A stretch of DNA of 64,000 nt from Proteromonas lacertae. Taxonomy: Eukaryota. This document shows, in pieces, positions 50,701 to 64,000 of this stretch (position 1 is the first letter of the stretch; the number at the start of each line of letters is the position of its first letter). The stretch is from assembly GCA_002245135.1 (NCBI GenBank), contig NGBS01000310.1, positions 1 to 64,000 on the forward strand, in the 5' to 3' direction. The notes beneath the pieces are model-generated. The model worked only from the letters and a program-made list of their open reading frames with translations, was not told the DNA's origin and searched no databases. A program made the translations under genes and the position numbers.

Positions 50701-53700
50701 TCACACAAAACACAATTCTTTTCATCAGTTAAACCAGTGACTGAACTGTAAGTACCAATTGGACAAGGTTTTGGTTTTTCTGAACCTGCAGGACAATAAA
50801 AACCTTCAGGACATTGATGAGTTTCATTACCAACTGTTCCATATTTATCAATACTACCTTGAATACAATAATAACCAGCTGCACAAACACCTTCATAGTT
50901 AGACAAGCCAGAATGAGAACAATAGAAACCTTCATTACATGGAATACATTGTGTACTATTGGAAATACCTTTATTTGGATTATAAGTACCATAAGGACAA
51001 GATTTTGGATCAGCACCTGTACCTTCAGGACAATAACTACCAGTTGGACAATCTTCAGCAACTGATGTATTATGACCTGAGCAATATTTACCAGCAGGAC
51101 AAATCAAACAGTCTTCTAAACCAGTAATAGGACTATAATAACCAGGACTACATTTAACAGGTTGTGAAGTACCAACAGGACAACTATATCCAACAGGACA
51201 AGGACCATATGTTTCATTAGCTGAAGGAGTTTCAGACGGAGATCCAGAAGCACAGAAATAACCAGCAGCACATAAACCAACAGGTTCAACAAGATTAGTC
51301 TCATTACAATATTTACCTGGAGTACAAGTAATGCAACTCTCAACATTAGTTAAACCAACAGATGGAGAATATGTGCCAATTGGACAAGGAATTGGAGTTC
51401 CTGTTTTCTGTGGACAATAATAACCAGCAGGACAAATATCACCAGTCACACCATCTGTTGGATTTGCATATCCAGCTTTTCCTTTACAATAATACCCAGC
51501 ATAACATTCACCACTTGGTGTTCCAGTATCATTCTGTCCAGCTACAGAACCAGTACAATACATACCTGGAGGACAATCTTTACAAGATCCTTCATCACTT
51601 GATGATGTAGTATTAGAAAATGTACCTCTTGGACATCTAGAAGGTTGAACACAACCTAATTTACAATAATAACCATTTGGACATTCATCAGGAACACTCA
51701 TTGCGAATTTACCACAACATTTTCCTTCAGGACAAAGCTTACAAGATGATTGATTGAATAAATCATTATATTCACCTGTTGGGCAAGGAGATGCACCAAT
51801 TGAACCATTCTCAGAATAATAACCAGGTGGAGCAGACCATTGATAAGGTGAAGCAGCACTTCCATTACAAAAGAATCCTCCAAAACAATCACCTGTTGGT
51901 TCAGGACTTCCACTACCAGCACAATATTTACCAGGAGGACAAGCGAAACAATCATCTGGTTTTTCAGCACCATATAAATTGTTATATGTACCTTCAGGAC
52001 ATGGTTTTGATTCATAAGAACCTAAAGGACAATAACCACCAGGAGGACATCTTGTGCCGTAAGTTTCATTCACAGGATCAGGTGTTGGAGAACCACCAAA
52101 ACATAAATATCCAGGTGAACATTTATCAAATGATTGCAATAAACCATAACCATCACAATACCAACCTGGATCACAAGGTGTACATTCTTCAGCTGATTTT
52201 ACATCAGTTCTATTTCCATAAGAACCTGGAAGACATGGTAATGGTATTGAACTATTATCTGGACAATACATTCCCTGTGGACATGATAATGGAGTACTGG
52301 TAGCTAAAGGACAGTATTTACCAGCAGGACATCCTAAGCAATCATTAATACTTTTGCCATTAAAATTTGGATTATAAGTACCTAATGGGCAAGACATTTG
52401 TCTGGGTGAGGATGATCCTGCTGAACAATAATAACCTTTTTCACAATTACCTGTAGATGGAGTTGAAGAACCTGCAGATGTATAATAACCAGCAGCAGTA
52501 ACAGAACAATCTTCTCTTTTTGCACCTCCAGTAGTTGTTCTATATGTTCCACTTGGACAAGGAATTTCATCAAATGCTCCTTTTAAACAATAATGACCTG
52601 CACTACATTTAATTGTATCATTCACTTCATGAACAGCAGGAGGACAGAGATAACCAGCTGGACATTCTTTTTCAGTCCATAATTTATCATCAGATATACC
52701 TATTTCATTACATCTATATCCTTTCTCACAAATAGTACAAATATTTCTACCAATGATTGAATAAAAACCAATAGGACATTTCTCATCATAATCCAAACCA
52801 CCAATACAATAACTACCAGCTGGACAATACACACAATATGATAATGATGAATTAACATAAGGCCCTTTACCTTGTGCAGCTTTACTACTATCTCTATAAG
52901 TTCCAGGAGGACAAGGTATTGGTTGCGCAGTACCAGAAGTACAATATTTACCTGGAGGACATACTTTACAATCTTCTGGTTTTTCAGCATTCGTTCCATC
53001 ATAATAAGTACCTTCTATACATGGATAATCAGTTGGAGAAACAGTACCTTGAGGACAATAATGACCTGGAGCACAATGACCACTAACAGTACCTTCACCA
53101 CCATAACAGTAACTACCAGCAGGACATGGAGTGCATTGTGATATATCATATAAATCAGTTCTAGATGTATAAGTACCAGGAGGACATGGATATTCCTTTG
53201 GATCTCGTGTTGCTATTGGACAATAATGACCAACTGAACATGGTTGCATTGCTTTAGCACCAGCAAAACCAGTACATCCTTCAGGACAAGCATATGAGAG
53301 AGGACATAAATCACAATCCATCCAATGTGACAATACAGTACTATTAGTATAAGTACCAGCTGGACAAGGATAAGCATTACTATTAATTGTACCAAGTAGA
53401 CAATAATGACCTTCACTACATCTGTCAGTGTAATTAGTTTGTGCTTCATTTGGACAGGAATAAGATGGAGGACATTGAATACATGATTCTAATTCAGTTG
53501 AACCACCACTATATGGATTATATGTACCAGCAGGACATTTCTCTTCAGTTGTTGAACCTTGTGGACAATAATGACCAGCTGTACATATTTGACAATTACT
53601 TGGACTTGTATTTCCTTCAGTATTACTGTATGTACCTGGTGGACATGGTATTGCTTCAGCACTTATTGATCCTTCTAAACAGTAATGACCAGCAGGACAT

Positions 53701-55097
53701 AACGTATTTGCATTAGTGGAAGCTTCTCCACATTGTCTACCTTCTGGACATGTCTTACAATAGGCAATATTAGTAGCACCTAGTTCATCATTGTATGTAC
53801 CAGCAGGACAAGCAAATGTATGTTGCTTTCCTGTGCCTTCTGGACAGTAATAACCTTTAGGACATTGCTTTGTTCTCATTACACTAGCTGCCATACCAAT
53901 TGTATCACAATAATAACCTGCTTCACATGCTCTACATTTCTGTTCAACAGATATTCCTACAACACCACTCTCTTCAATATAAGTACCAACAGGACATCTT
54001 GTGGGAATAATACCAGCTTGATAATTACAATAATCATCGCATTTGTCTTCTGTAGGTTTATTTCCACCACACTTATAACCAGGATAACAACTCTGACACA
54101 TTGAATCACCTCCATAACTAAAACTGCCTTCACCACAATTAGCTGGAGTTACTTTATTAGAACATTGTTTACCTGCTTCACAAGGTTTGCATAACGATTG
54201 ACCTGTTGTATCTTGATAATAACCATCTTCACATACTTGTTGTTTATCTAATGAATTCGGTTGTTCACAATAATTACCTGTTCCACAGTCTGTACATACT
54301 CCTTCTTCATTGGTATATTGACCTAATGTACATTGATCTCCTATCTGTTTATTTGTACAATCATATCCTTTTGGACATGGATGACAATTAGAATCACCTA
54401 ATGTTGAATATGTACCAGCTGGACATTCACTCTTTGTACCATCATTATTGCATTTTTCACCAGCTGGACATTTTGTACATGTTGAAGCACCAGCTGCAGA
54501 ATATGTTCCTTCTGGACAAGGAATTACATTGTTATTAACACAGTAATAGGATGCTGGACATTCACTACATTCTTTTGCACCACCTGGAGAATAAGTACCA
54601 TCCTTACATCCTGTTTTTGTAGTTGCACTACAACTATAACCTGGAGGACATTTATGACACTCTGCATCACCTGAAATTGAATAATATCCATCTGGACAAT
54701 TTGATGCTACTCCATTTAAACATGACTTTCCTGCTGGGCAGCTGCTACAAATAGTTTTGCCTGGTGTTGAATACTGACCAGGTGAACATAGAGTTATATC
54801 ACTAGCCGTATGAGATCCTGGAGATAAATAATAACCTGCTGGACAAGGAGTACAAACACTTTGACCTTTTAAACTGTAATAACCATCACCGCAAGGATTA
54901 CTACTTGTACCATCACAATAATTACCTTCACTACACTCTTTACAAACATTTGAAACAACAAAGAAACCAGCAGGACACTTAATTGGTACTATTCCGTTAC
55001 ACTGATAACCTGTTGGACAGGGAGAAAATGTAGGTGATACTTCAGTTAAAATGAATTTAAATAATAAAAGACAACTTAATATAATTTTTAAAAACAT
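35755..55097 (-). CDS. Giant type-I membrane protein (about 6446 aa): signal peptide, about 4300 aa of CPxGxYC (GCC2_GCC3/ephrin-receptor-like) repeats, juxtamembrane domain, single TM, about 1790-aa coiled-coil cytoplasmic tail
   Basis: ORFs 46122..55097, 45857..46198 and 35755..45597 join into one frame after removing single bases near 46186 and 45860 (19341 nt = 6447 codons). N-terminus MFLKIILSCLLLFKFILT; TM WILIVTIMAGVFVTIFIVILGFYHF at about 41125-41196. Confidence 0.9.
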
Positions 55098-55213
55098 TTG
55101 TGAAACTGCTTAAAATGGTTTACGAAAAAAATAAGGTTTGTGAAAAAATAAAAATTGTCAAATAAAACTAATAAATCATTTTAATAAATAAATTACTATT
55201 TTACAATCCACAT

Positions 55214-55877
55214 TCATATATTAAATGTGACACCCAAATAATTAGCATAACTCTAATATGATTATAAATAATCAAAAAAAATACATCAGATGAGGATGAA
55301 GACGGTGATGGAGGAGGAGGGTCTTTTGTATTCAATATGTTACAAATTTCTGACGTAGATGAGTTGTTAAATATAAATGCAATTTTTGCACATTTTCATT
55401 AATTAAATAACTAAATAATTGATTACATTTCAACACTTTAAAAAAAAAGATATATCAATTCTTTATACGGCAATATATTAAGTGAAGATGTTGCTAGCAG
55501 TAACTTTTGTAGATCATCAAGTGGATAATCTACAAATTCTGAATATCCTTTCTGTGCAAGATTGTTTTCAAAACAATATTTATCTATAAGAGGTTTGGAT
55601 ATTGATGTTAAAGGTTCTTCTATAAAGCAATCACCTAACAAATGAAAAAAAGCATTAAATATACAAAAATGCAATATTAATCCAAAGTGAAATACAGATA
55701 TCTGTTCGTATTTCATTTCTTTGGTAGAATCACATGAATCCAAGAATAAATGTTGAAAAAGTGGATTTTCATTCTCTTGAAATATGAATTCCTTGTTTTC
55801 TTCACCAATAATAAAATGATATTCTTTATTTTCACATTTCATTACAAAAGATATCAAACCAATATCAAACCTATCAT
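55214..55877 (-). CDS. Divergent Skp1-like protein (exon structure uncertain)
   Basis: EPLTSISKPL..GYSEFVDYPLDDLQKLLLATSSLNI followed by CAKIAFIFNNSSTSEICNILN resembles the Skp1 dimerisation helices. The junction near 55390-55470 is not cleanly resolved. Confidence 0.5.
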
Positions 55878-55888
55878 ATTATTTTTTT

Positions 55889-57212
55889 ATGAATTGTGAT
55901 TGTCCAATTGTGAAGTTATTAGAGCAGCACAGATATGTGAATTCTGAGTATATATTTCCTTCAAAAATTGTATATATTATTATGAATAATTCATAGATGC
56001 CTCTAATAGCAAACCCAGAAGAAAATATATGCAGAAAATGTGGAAATATTATTGTATAGCGTTTATAGATCATATAAATTAAATAGTATAATAAAATTGA
56101 TACAATATGTGAAACATGTCAAGAGTTGAAGCTAATGCTAGTTAATGCTAGTGAAACAAAAGTAAATACTCCATTGGCTGAAAAGGATATATTATCATTT
56201 CCTAAAGAGAGTAGCAAAGACAAAATACCTAGAAAATATCATAAGAGGAACTCAAATGATCATCATGTAGGCAGACCTCCTTCTAAAAATAAGTTACTAT
56301 CACCTAAAACACCAAAATCCACCAAATCGCTAAAAGCTCCAATAAAAACTCCTTCCATCTCACCAAGAAGATCAAAGCGACAAAAAAGATATAGAGAGGA
56401 ACCTGTAGAAACACAAGAGAAAAACATTATTGAATGGGTAAAATTTGAACCACCACACAAAATCCGAAAAACTCCAATAGAAAGAGGATTGAAATTATGT
56501 CAAATATGTAAAAGAATAGATATAATAGAAGTAGATTGTAATAATAGTGAAAAAAACATAGATGATGGTGATTTTATATGGTGTTTTGATTGTGGTAGAG
56601 CTTTTCATACTCATTGTATATATGAAGGTGTAAATATCAAATTAAATCGTAAGGTGGATATTTTAAGAAATTCAAATTGGAGATGTGCTGATTGTAAAGT
56701 ATTTTTATATATATTTATATGTATTGATAATAGTATTGTGAACAATGTAAAGAATATGAAGTGGATGATCCTTTAATAATGTGTGAATGTTGTGATAGAG
56801 GATTTCACATATCCTGTTTAAAACCAAAACTAAAAAAAGTATATTTTGTTTTATTTTATTTTATTAATAGATTCCTGCTACTGAATGGATTTGTCCATTT
56901 TGTATTCTATCTGATGATCGACTGATAAAAGAAGAAGTGAATCATATTGAAAAAGAGATTATGAAATTAAATTGTGGTATTTGTAAGGATGGTAATTTGA
57001 ATGGATGTCCTTGGCTGTTGTGTAGATTGTGTAATAAAGGAATTCATAAAGCGTGTGATACACAATATTTGAAGAGTATAGGAATGAAAAAAATACATAA
57101 ATATTTATGTCCAACTTGTAGAAATGAAAGAGAGGAAGTGAAAGAAGGGAAAAAAGAAGATAGGAGTAATGTGAATAAAGAAGAAAAAGAAGAAGAGAGT
57201 TTTGTTTTGTAG
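55889..57212 (+). CDS. Multi-PHD-finger chromatin protein (double PHD plus a third PHD); short introns
   Basis: CQIC..CFDCGRAFHTHC..WRCADCK / CEQC..CECCDRGFHISCLKP..WICPFC / CGIC..CRLCNKGIHKAC..YLCPTC. Confidence 0.85.
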
Positions 57213-57284
57213 GTTTTTATGTTTTTTGTATTTTTCTTTATTTTCCAATAAAACAAAATGAAAAAAAACAGATGTATTCTAAAT

Positions 57285-59493
57285 TTATAAAGTATTAAAA
57301 TTTGAAATGATTGAACTTGGAGAAATAAATAGTTTATTAACAGAATTAAATTTCTTTGAATTATCAGAAAAATCACATACCTTACTACTTTCAACATTAT
57401 TACTTTTACTACTAGATTCAGTTGAAATATTAGAATATTCATTCTATTACATAATTCATTATATTAATAATATACCATAAAAGATTTATCAACTGCTGAA
57501 ACATTGGATGAATTATTATTATTATTATCACTTTCTCTTCCATCACTATTTGAAGTGTTGGAACTGTTTCTATCATTTGGAGAAGAATCATTAGAAGATA
57601 CAGCTGCAGATATTGTTATTCTTCTTCTTTTGATTGGTTTATCAATGGTGATGATTCTAATAGAAGATCTTGATTTAAAACAAGGACTAGAATTACAACG
57701 ACTATTCCAACAATATTTATTTTTATTATTATATTCTTTACCACAATTTTTACACTTATTGTTATGTAATAAAGGATACTTATTTACTTTTCTTTGTTCT
57801 TTATACAAAAAGTTCAACCATCTTTGATAAAAAAATGGTTTATCAAATTTGTAATCCATATGCGATGTAAAATCTATATCATTCAAATAATCATCATCAC
57901 TATTCAACAAGTTGGATTCATCATCATCATCATCTTCTTCTTCTCCTTCATACTCTCTTCCATTTTCTTCCATCTCATCTTCTTCAGATACACCATTACT
58001 ACTAAATCCACTCTCTCTACTTCTACTATACCCACCTGAAGATGAAGAAATTGATGAATTTGATGTAGTTGAAGAACTTCTTAATCTTCTAGGTGGAGGT
58101 TCTACATTATTATTATTATTAGAGTTATTCGTACTTATTGTGTTTTGTCTTGGCTTTCTTTGAACAGTTACTTTCTCATCATCGTCATTATCTGGTTGAG
58201 GTATATAAAACTGACCTTCTTTTAATGGAGAAGTAACTTTAGTATCATTGTCTTGAATGTGATACATACCATCACTTACATCAACTACTGTTCCAACATG
58301 ATGTTTTCCATTAATATCAAATTCAACAGTAATTCCTATGATATCTGAATCAGATGATTTTGCTTCTTCATCTGTTGTGTTTAACACTTGAATCTCATAA
58401 CTTCTTTTAGCTATAAAGACTTCTTCTATATATAATAATTAACAATATATATGATACTCATATGATATAACTGCATTTGAACCCATCCATTTCCTGTTCT
58501 CAGTATTAGACCTTTATGTCTGGCAAATTTTCCTTTTTTTATTTTTGCCACTTTTCCTTTTGCTGGATCTTTACTAAACTCTATTTTTGGCATCTAGTAA
58601 AAAATAATTAATTAATTAATAGAATAAGTATACACTTGTAGGATTAACAATTGTTCCTTCTTTGATCAGTTCCAAACAATTGGCTTGAACTTTAACAGTT
58701 TCTTCATAACCTTCAATTCTTAAATGATAAAAGATATTTGGATGCAATGGAAGTGACACAACTTCACCTTCTTCACCTATATGATCTGGAATATGTGTTT
58801 GAGAATATGGGGTATCTAATATTTTTACAATTGATCCAATTGGATAGTATTTATTCTTGCCAGGACATAATAATTGATTATGACTGATAATCAAACCTGT
58901 AGTTCTCATACTATTATAGTAATAATGCAACAAAAATATACTTTGGATGATTATAAACATCACCACTATCAGTAACTAATCCAAGTGCTGATGGCCTGAA
59001 AGTTAAGACTTTACCATCTTTAAATCTTACTCTATACCATGTGTTTGGATGAACTGGAACTTCTTCTATTATACCTTTTTCACCAGCTCTTTCAGGATAT
59101 CTGGTTTCTACATTACTAGTTTTCAAGATTGAAACTTCAGCTCCTTTATACAAATACTAATATTATAATAATCATAGAAAAACATACTTGAATGGGTTGA
59201 TTTGAATTTGTAATTGCTGGAAGGTTAGATTCTGCATCAGATTCACTGCCTTCTGATTCATCTGATGTTTTTCTAGTATATGCTTGAGCCGATGTTGAAA
59301 GTGATGGTGGTACAGATGGGAAATTTTGATGTTTTTCAGAATGTTGGTTTTCTGTTCTATTATTCAAATCTCTTACCTCAACGGAGTTTTCAATTTTGTT
59401 AATTTGGTGATTTTGTGTTTCTGTATACCCATCTTGAATTATTGAACCACACATACGGTTTAAATTTATTATCGGAATTTGTGTATTACTCAT
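57285..59493 (-). CDS. Hypothetical protein with repeated SH3/KOW-like beta domains and a C-terminal Cys cluster; multi-intron
   Basis: Two similar modules, GEKGIIEEVPVHPNTWYRVRF and GEEGEVVSLPLHPNIFYHLRI, then CKNC..CWNSRCNSSPC. ORFs 59146..59493, 58914..59153, 58616..58966 and 57464..58387 are linked by GT..AG introns. Confidence 0.7.
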
Positions 59494-60015
59494 GTAAAAC
59501 TGCCTTTAAGGTGCAAATATATTGTATGAGCTATAAATATTGCTTACTAAAGTGCCTATACAGTTTCTATATAAAATATTCAGTACTTTATTAGCTGCGC
59601 TGAAATGTTTTAGACTAACTATTTATTGTAGAATTTTATTTATCAGAAAAATAAAATGAGACGAATTAAAATATTAAATGTGTAGCAGTTTGGGAAATAG
59701 TGTTTAGTTAAGAAGGATTGAAAATTTTTAAAAATTTGTATTACCGTTACACTCTATAAAAGTTTTCAAAATTGTTCCGTACAGATAAATACAAAGAAAT
59801 TATACCGTTTTATTTTTCTATTAATTTTAATTAGTGACATATAAACTACATTTTCATTTCTTTCTAGATTTTTGATCTACATGAATGTATGCAATACACT
59901 AATCTTAAAATTTGAATTTCTAAGCATGAATCAGACTAGCCACTTAGAATTTCAATTGAAAAAAGATATATCAAGCTTTACTTCAAGCCAGACATATTTA
60001 TTTTTGTGTTTTTAG

Positions 60016-61851
60016 ATGCGGAGAACAGCTAAACCACCTAATAGACCTTTATCTCAAAATAGGGTGATCAGTCCAAGACCACACACATCTCAGGAAATAG
60101 AATTCTCTCCTAGATATAGTCCAATTCCGCCAGAGATAAGTAGACCGCACACATCAATCGGCGTATGACTTTATAAATGATCTATGATAGATAAATGATC
60201 TTGTGAATGGAAGAAAACAGTGGAGTAGTTTTAATGCTTTGTGTGAATATAGGGAAAAAATAAATACAACACCTGTTACAGGCGTTACTTATCCAGCAGA
60301 ATTTGATGATGGTATAATAAAAATACCAAAAAGAGTAACAGTTGAAGCATCCGCTTGGCAAAGGCTAGCAATACCTCGAGAAGTAACTAGACGAGAGAAA
60401 ATAGAGTATGAAAGTACAGAAGCTACAGAGTTAGAAGAAAAACTATTCCCTCCAAAACCTCCATCCAAGAATAAATACTCAAGACCAACAATCAGAAGTA
60501 AATTAAATCAAAAAATAGCAGATATATCAAAAGATCCTCAAAAATTAGAAGAAATCAGAGAATATAGAAACAGAATAACTGCTGTATGTGGTCCAATGTT
60601 GGATTATCAAATAAAAGTAAAAGAAGGTTATTATTCACCATATACAAAGGAAGAGAGAAATAGAAAAAAATACGTTGAACATGAAAATAAGATTAAACAA
60701 GCTAAAGAAAAGCAGTATGTTATTATTATTATTATTATTGAATAGTGAAAAGATATATGACGATCTAATAGAAAAGAAAAGATTGGATAATATGAGATGG
60801 GAAATTAGAAAGAGAGAAGAGGAAATAAAACAAAGATTAGCACATAGGAAACAGATGTGGTTTACTATATTTGTAATATCTAAATATTATGTAAAATCAT
60901 TACATTTATATAGAATTGTATATTCAAATCAATTATTATTTTTATTCTTTTTATATATAGAGATTCAGAGAAATATGTGAAGAAAATCGAAGAAAAGATG
61001 CAGTTAAGAAGATTGAGAATGCATTCTACAAAGTTTTGACTAAAATATATGCAAAACAATACAGAAGGGCAGTTGTTGTTGTTAGAGCTTATACTAAAGT
61101 ATAGTAATATATATTCATATAATTAATAATAATAATATAATAGTTGGCATTACATAAACGAAAGGAAGAACGTCAAAAACATGCTGCCAATGTGATTCAG
61201 AACTTTCTAGTAGCAGCTCAAAATACAAATGATATGAAAACTGCAGTTTTACTATTTTTACAACATACTAAATTCCTTCAGTTACATCTGAAAGGATATT
61301 ATAAGAAAGTAAAAGCGAGAATACATCTAATGAAGTTGTTTTGGGATTCTGCTGAAGCTAGTATTGCTAAACATATGGTAATGGTTGCAAGGCAAAACAC
61401 TGAGAATGACAAACACAAGTTAATATCGAAATTAGATCCAAAATTATTGAAATATGTATTAGCTAGTTTAAATAGTGATAATGGGAATAAAAATGTTAAA
61501 ATTACTATTCCAAAAGTACCAGAAAGTGTGAAAATGAAGATATTGTGGAAATGGTATGATCAGTTTAGAGTTAAACAGTTTTTTGTGAATCAATGTAATT
61601 TAAAAGAATATAATAAAGTAAAACCAATCAGATACTCTGATCAGGATATTAAGTCTATATTTTATGGGAAAGATACAAGTATAACTGAGATAATAAAGAA
61701 ATATACTGAAAAGAAGCCTTTTAAATATGAAAAGTTGTTAGTTTTGAAAGCAATAAAGGATTTGCCTTATAAGAATATTATTAAACAATGTATTATACAA
61801 CAACAAGAAAAAGCATTACAAAAAGCAGCTGCAGAAGCGGCTGCTTTATAA
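60016..61851 (+). CDS. Hypothetical basic/helical protein with IQ-like segment; multi-intron
   Basis: ORFs 60203..60745, 60675..60980 and 61144..61851 can be joined by short introns. AANVIQNFL is IQ-like; the N-terminus has RPHTS repeats. The start is uncertain. Confidence 0.6.
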
Positions 61852-61957
61852 TAAATTAATCATCTAAATATAAAGTCGTTTAATTTATTTTTGATTGATT
61901 TAGTCTATCTGTTTGAGAGAAAAACAAACAAAATAAAATCAAACTAGTCAAGCCAAA

Positions 61958-62744
61958 ATGAATCAAAAACAGGTATTTCTCGATATGCAATCATTATTTT
62001 GGAATAGACAATTGATGAATTGAAAAAGGAATTAGTAAAGAAAGAGAATGACTTAAAAAAAGTGAAAGAGTTGAAAGATAGAATGGTTGATAGTCTAAAG
62101 AGGGTTAAAACTGTATTATAACGAAATTCTATTTGAGTAGGATATAGAAGGATATAAAAGTGAAATTGAATATTTGAAAAAAGAAAGTATAAAACAATAA
62201 TACACTTATATTGATAGATGAGGATAAAGATAACAAGATTAAACTTCTATCATATTCTCAAGAAACAAAGAAACCTCAAAATTTACCAAAACAACATTCT
62301 CTTTCTTTAGATGAAATGAAATCATATAATTTTCAAAAGCTGTATATATACAATATGAATATACCTATAAATAATAATAACATAGAATTCATGCTGCACA
62401 GTATTTAGCATATCATAATAATCCAATCTCTGATTTAATGGAGTATATTTTTTCAGACACATTTTTTTATGATGATATTATTAGTTCAGTCTCACTTTAT
62501 ATATCATCATCATCATCATCAGAAATATATTTACTAAATTCTATTCTACAGTCTATTCAACATGTTATATATAAGAAATGTGATAATTTAAATCCTATAC
62601 CTGATTATTATTACACTATAATAAATGCAATAATTTCAATATTTAATTGTTATACAAATCTGAATCTGAATTTAATATTTTTCTTTGATTTATTTTCTGT
62701 AGTGAATCATTTTGATTGTAAGTTGTTAGTTCAGTTTTGTAATG

Positions 62745-62775
<31 letters not shown>

Positions 62776-63411
62776 ATATGTAATTATAAATAGAAATGTT
62801 CTGATATTTTCAATAATGAAACTGTTAAAGTAACATCAGCTGCAATAATCACAAATATACTCAATGAGGATGAAATAGATGTAAGAATATCAGCAGTATT
62901 AAAAACAAAAGCAAAAATAAAGTTAGAATTAGTATATAACAGAATATCTTCTTTAATATCATCACAATTAAATTGTGTAAAAATCAATTGTGATTGTTTT
63001 ATCAACTTCTTATGTTTTGAATTATTATCAAAGTTTATGAAATGGGATCAATATCAGAAATCAGTGCAGCTCTTATGGTCATTATATCCACAAGCTAATA
63101 TTCATATTCAATGTTTAATAATTAATTATGTGAAAAGATTTATGGATAGTAGTTTGAGGTGTAATGAATTAAAAGATTTTGATGTTTTATTTAATAAGTT
63201 ATCAATGATGCTTCTTCCTAATGATCAGATTAATATAGGAACTATCACATGGTCAGTTCAAATTGGAATTGTAGAATATATGTTGAAATTGAAACAGAAT
63301 AATCGTATGTCTCAATCTATTACAAGTATATTAAAGCAATGGTATGCATCATTGAATGATTTAATGAAAAGTAGAATATCAAGAAAGATATTTGATGAAT
63401 TAGAAGAATAG
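61958..63411 (+). CDS. Hypothetical protein, N-terminal coiled coil plus helical domain; multi-intron
   Basis: ATG 61958 and successive GT..AG introns link ORFs 62211, 62438 and 63037. Stop at 63411. Confidence 0.6.
62745..62768. repeat. (TA)n microsatellite inside an intron
   Basis: gtatatatatatatatatatatataaac directly after the GT donor. Confidence 0.8.
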
Positions 63412-63539
63412 ATTTTTATCTTTTTAAACTTTGTGGGGTATGTAAAAAGTGCAAAATTGCTTGGCTTGAAAGTCGTTTAGATTTTATGAGGTATTTTTCT
63501 TATTATCTAATCCAAGTTTTTCTTTGAAAAAGCAAGAGA

Positions 63540-64000
63540 ATGGCAAATTTGCCCCAATAAAAGGAATTTTACTTAAAAATGTAAATTCAATGGCTATTCC
63601 ACACACAGTTTCTGATTGCAAAAAAATGCAAACAACTCTTTATGACTGTGACATTATTTATGATTCAGGTACTATTTATTTGTAATTTATACAATAGATA
63701 AATTCGATGAAAACATTCTTTTTATATACCCACTATATTGTGAAGGTAATCATTTTAAATTTGTATATTTGTAACTATAATGCATTAAATAGCATCAAAT
63801 TGGAGCAACTTCTGGAAAATGGGTAAAAGATGCAGTTAATATGTTTCCTGGAACAAAAAGAAAGGTGATAATGGATGATAGCGATGATGATAGTAGTGAT
63901 AGCGATAAAGACAAGAAACCTGTTATAACAACTCCAGTATAATAATCTGATTTAATATTAATCCATAGGAAGCATATTATTTATCTCAACACTCAACTCA
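63540..64000 (+). CDS. Partial hypothetical gene running off the window end
   Basis: Spliceable exons (MAIPHTVSDCKKM..., HQIGATSGKWVKDAVNMFPG...DDSDDDSSD). The start codon is uncertain. Confidence 0.45.

Noticed and set aside
42054..54391. Dozens of short alternative-frame and antisense ORFs (MVxxVLLVIIV..., Asn/His/Gln-rich) within the giant gene
   Set aside because: They are shadows of the repetitive TGT-CCA-xxx-GGT-TAT-TAT-TGT codon pattern, with no independent coding signal.
42100..55040. CRISPR-like or tandem DNA repeat array
   Set aside because: The periodicity is at the protein level with divergent nucleotide sequence; there are no identical repeats with unique spacers.
1..64000. Blastocystis-type stop codons created by polyadenylation, or a reassigned genetic code
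   Set aside because: Every fully reconstructed gene ends in an encoded TAA/TAG/TGA, and internal breaks are explained by introns or single-base indels. The TGTTTGTT at about 18513 is not positioned after a stop-less ORF.

Overview
AT-rich, gene-dense eukaryotic nuclear DNA with many tiny GT..AG introns (about 26-45 nt), very short intergenic gaps and the standard genetic code. By inference it comes from a flagellated protist, plausibly a gut stramenopile of the Proteromonas/Blastocystis lineage. About 20 genes can be reconstructed: TBCD (two copies), a PAP2 phosphatase, an RRM protein, an ODA docking-complex subunit, TOP1, a TM-RCC1-TBC protein, TRM5, CAMTA, INTS11, a spliced potato-inhibitor-I gene missing from the ORF track, a bacterial-type alpha-2-macroglobulin/thioester protein, a pseudokinase-LRR gene, a giant (about 6446 aa) Cys-repeat/TM/coiled-coil protein, a Skp1-like gene, a triple-PHD protein and several hypotheticals. 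Structurally, 1-6085 is a near-identical inverted copy of 22463-28551, and a 469-bp LRR-gene tail is repeated on both sides of the thioester gene. About 15 frameshifts, almost all single-base insertions, break otherwise intact genes and most likely reflect long-read consensus error. The best candidate for a new system is a signal-peptide-less thioester protein with an N-terminal MGSCTSK dual-acylation motif, lying between LRR genes in a rearranging locus; it may be an intracellular defence module.
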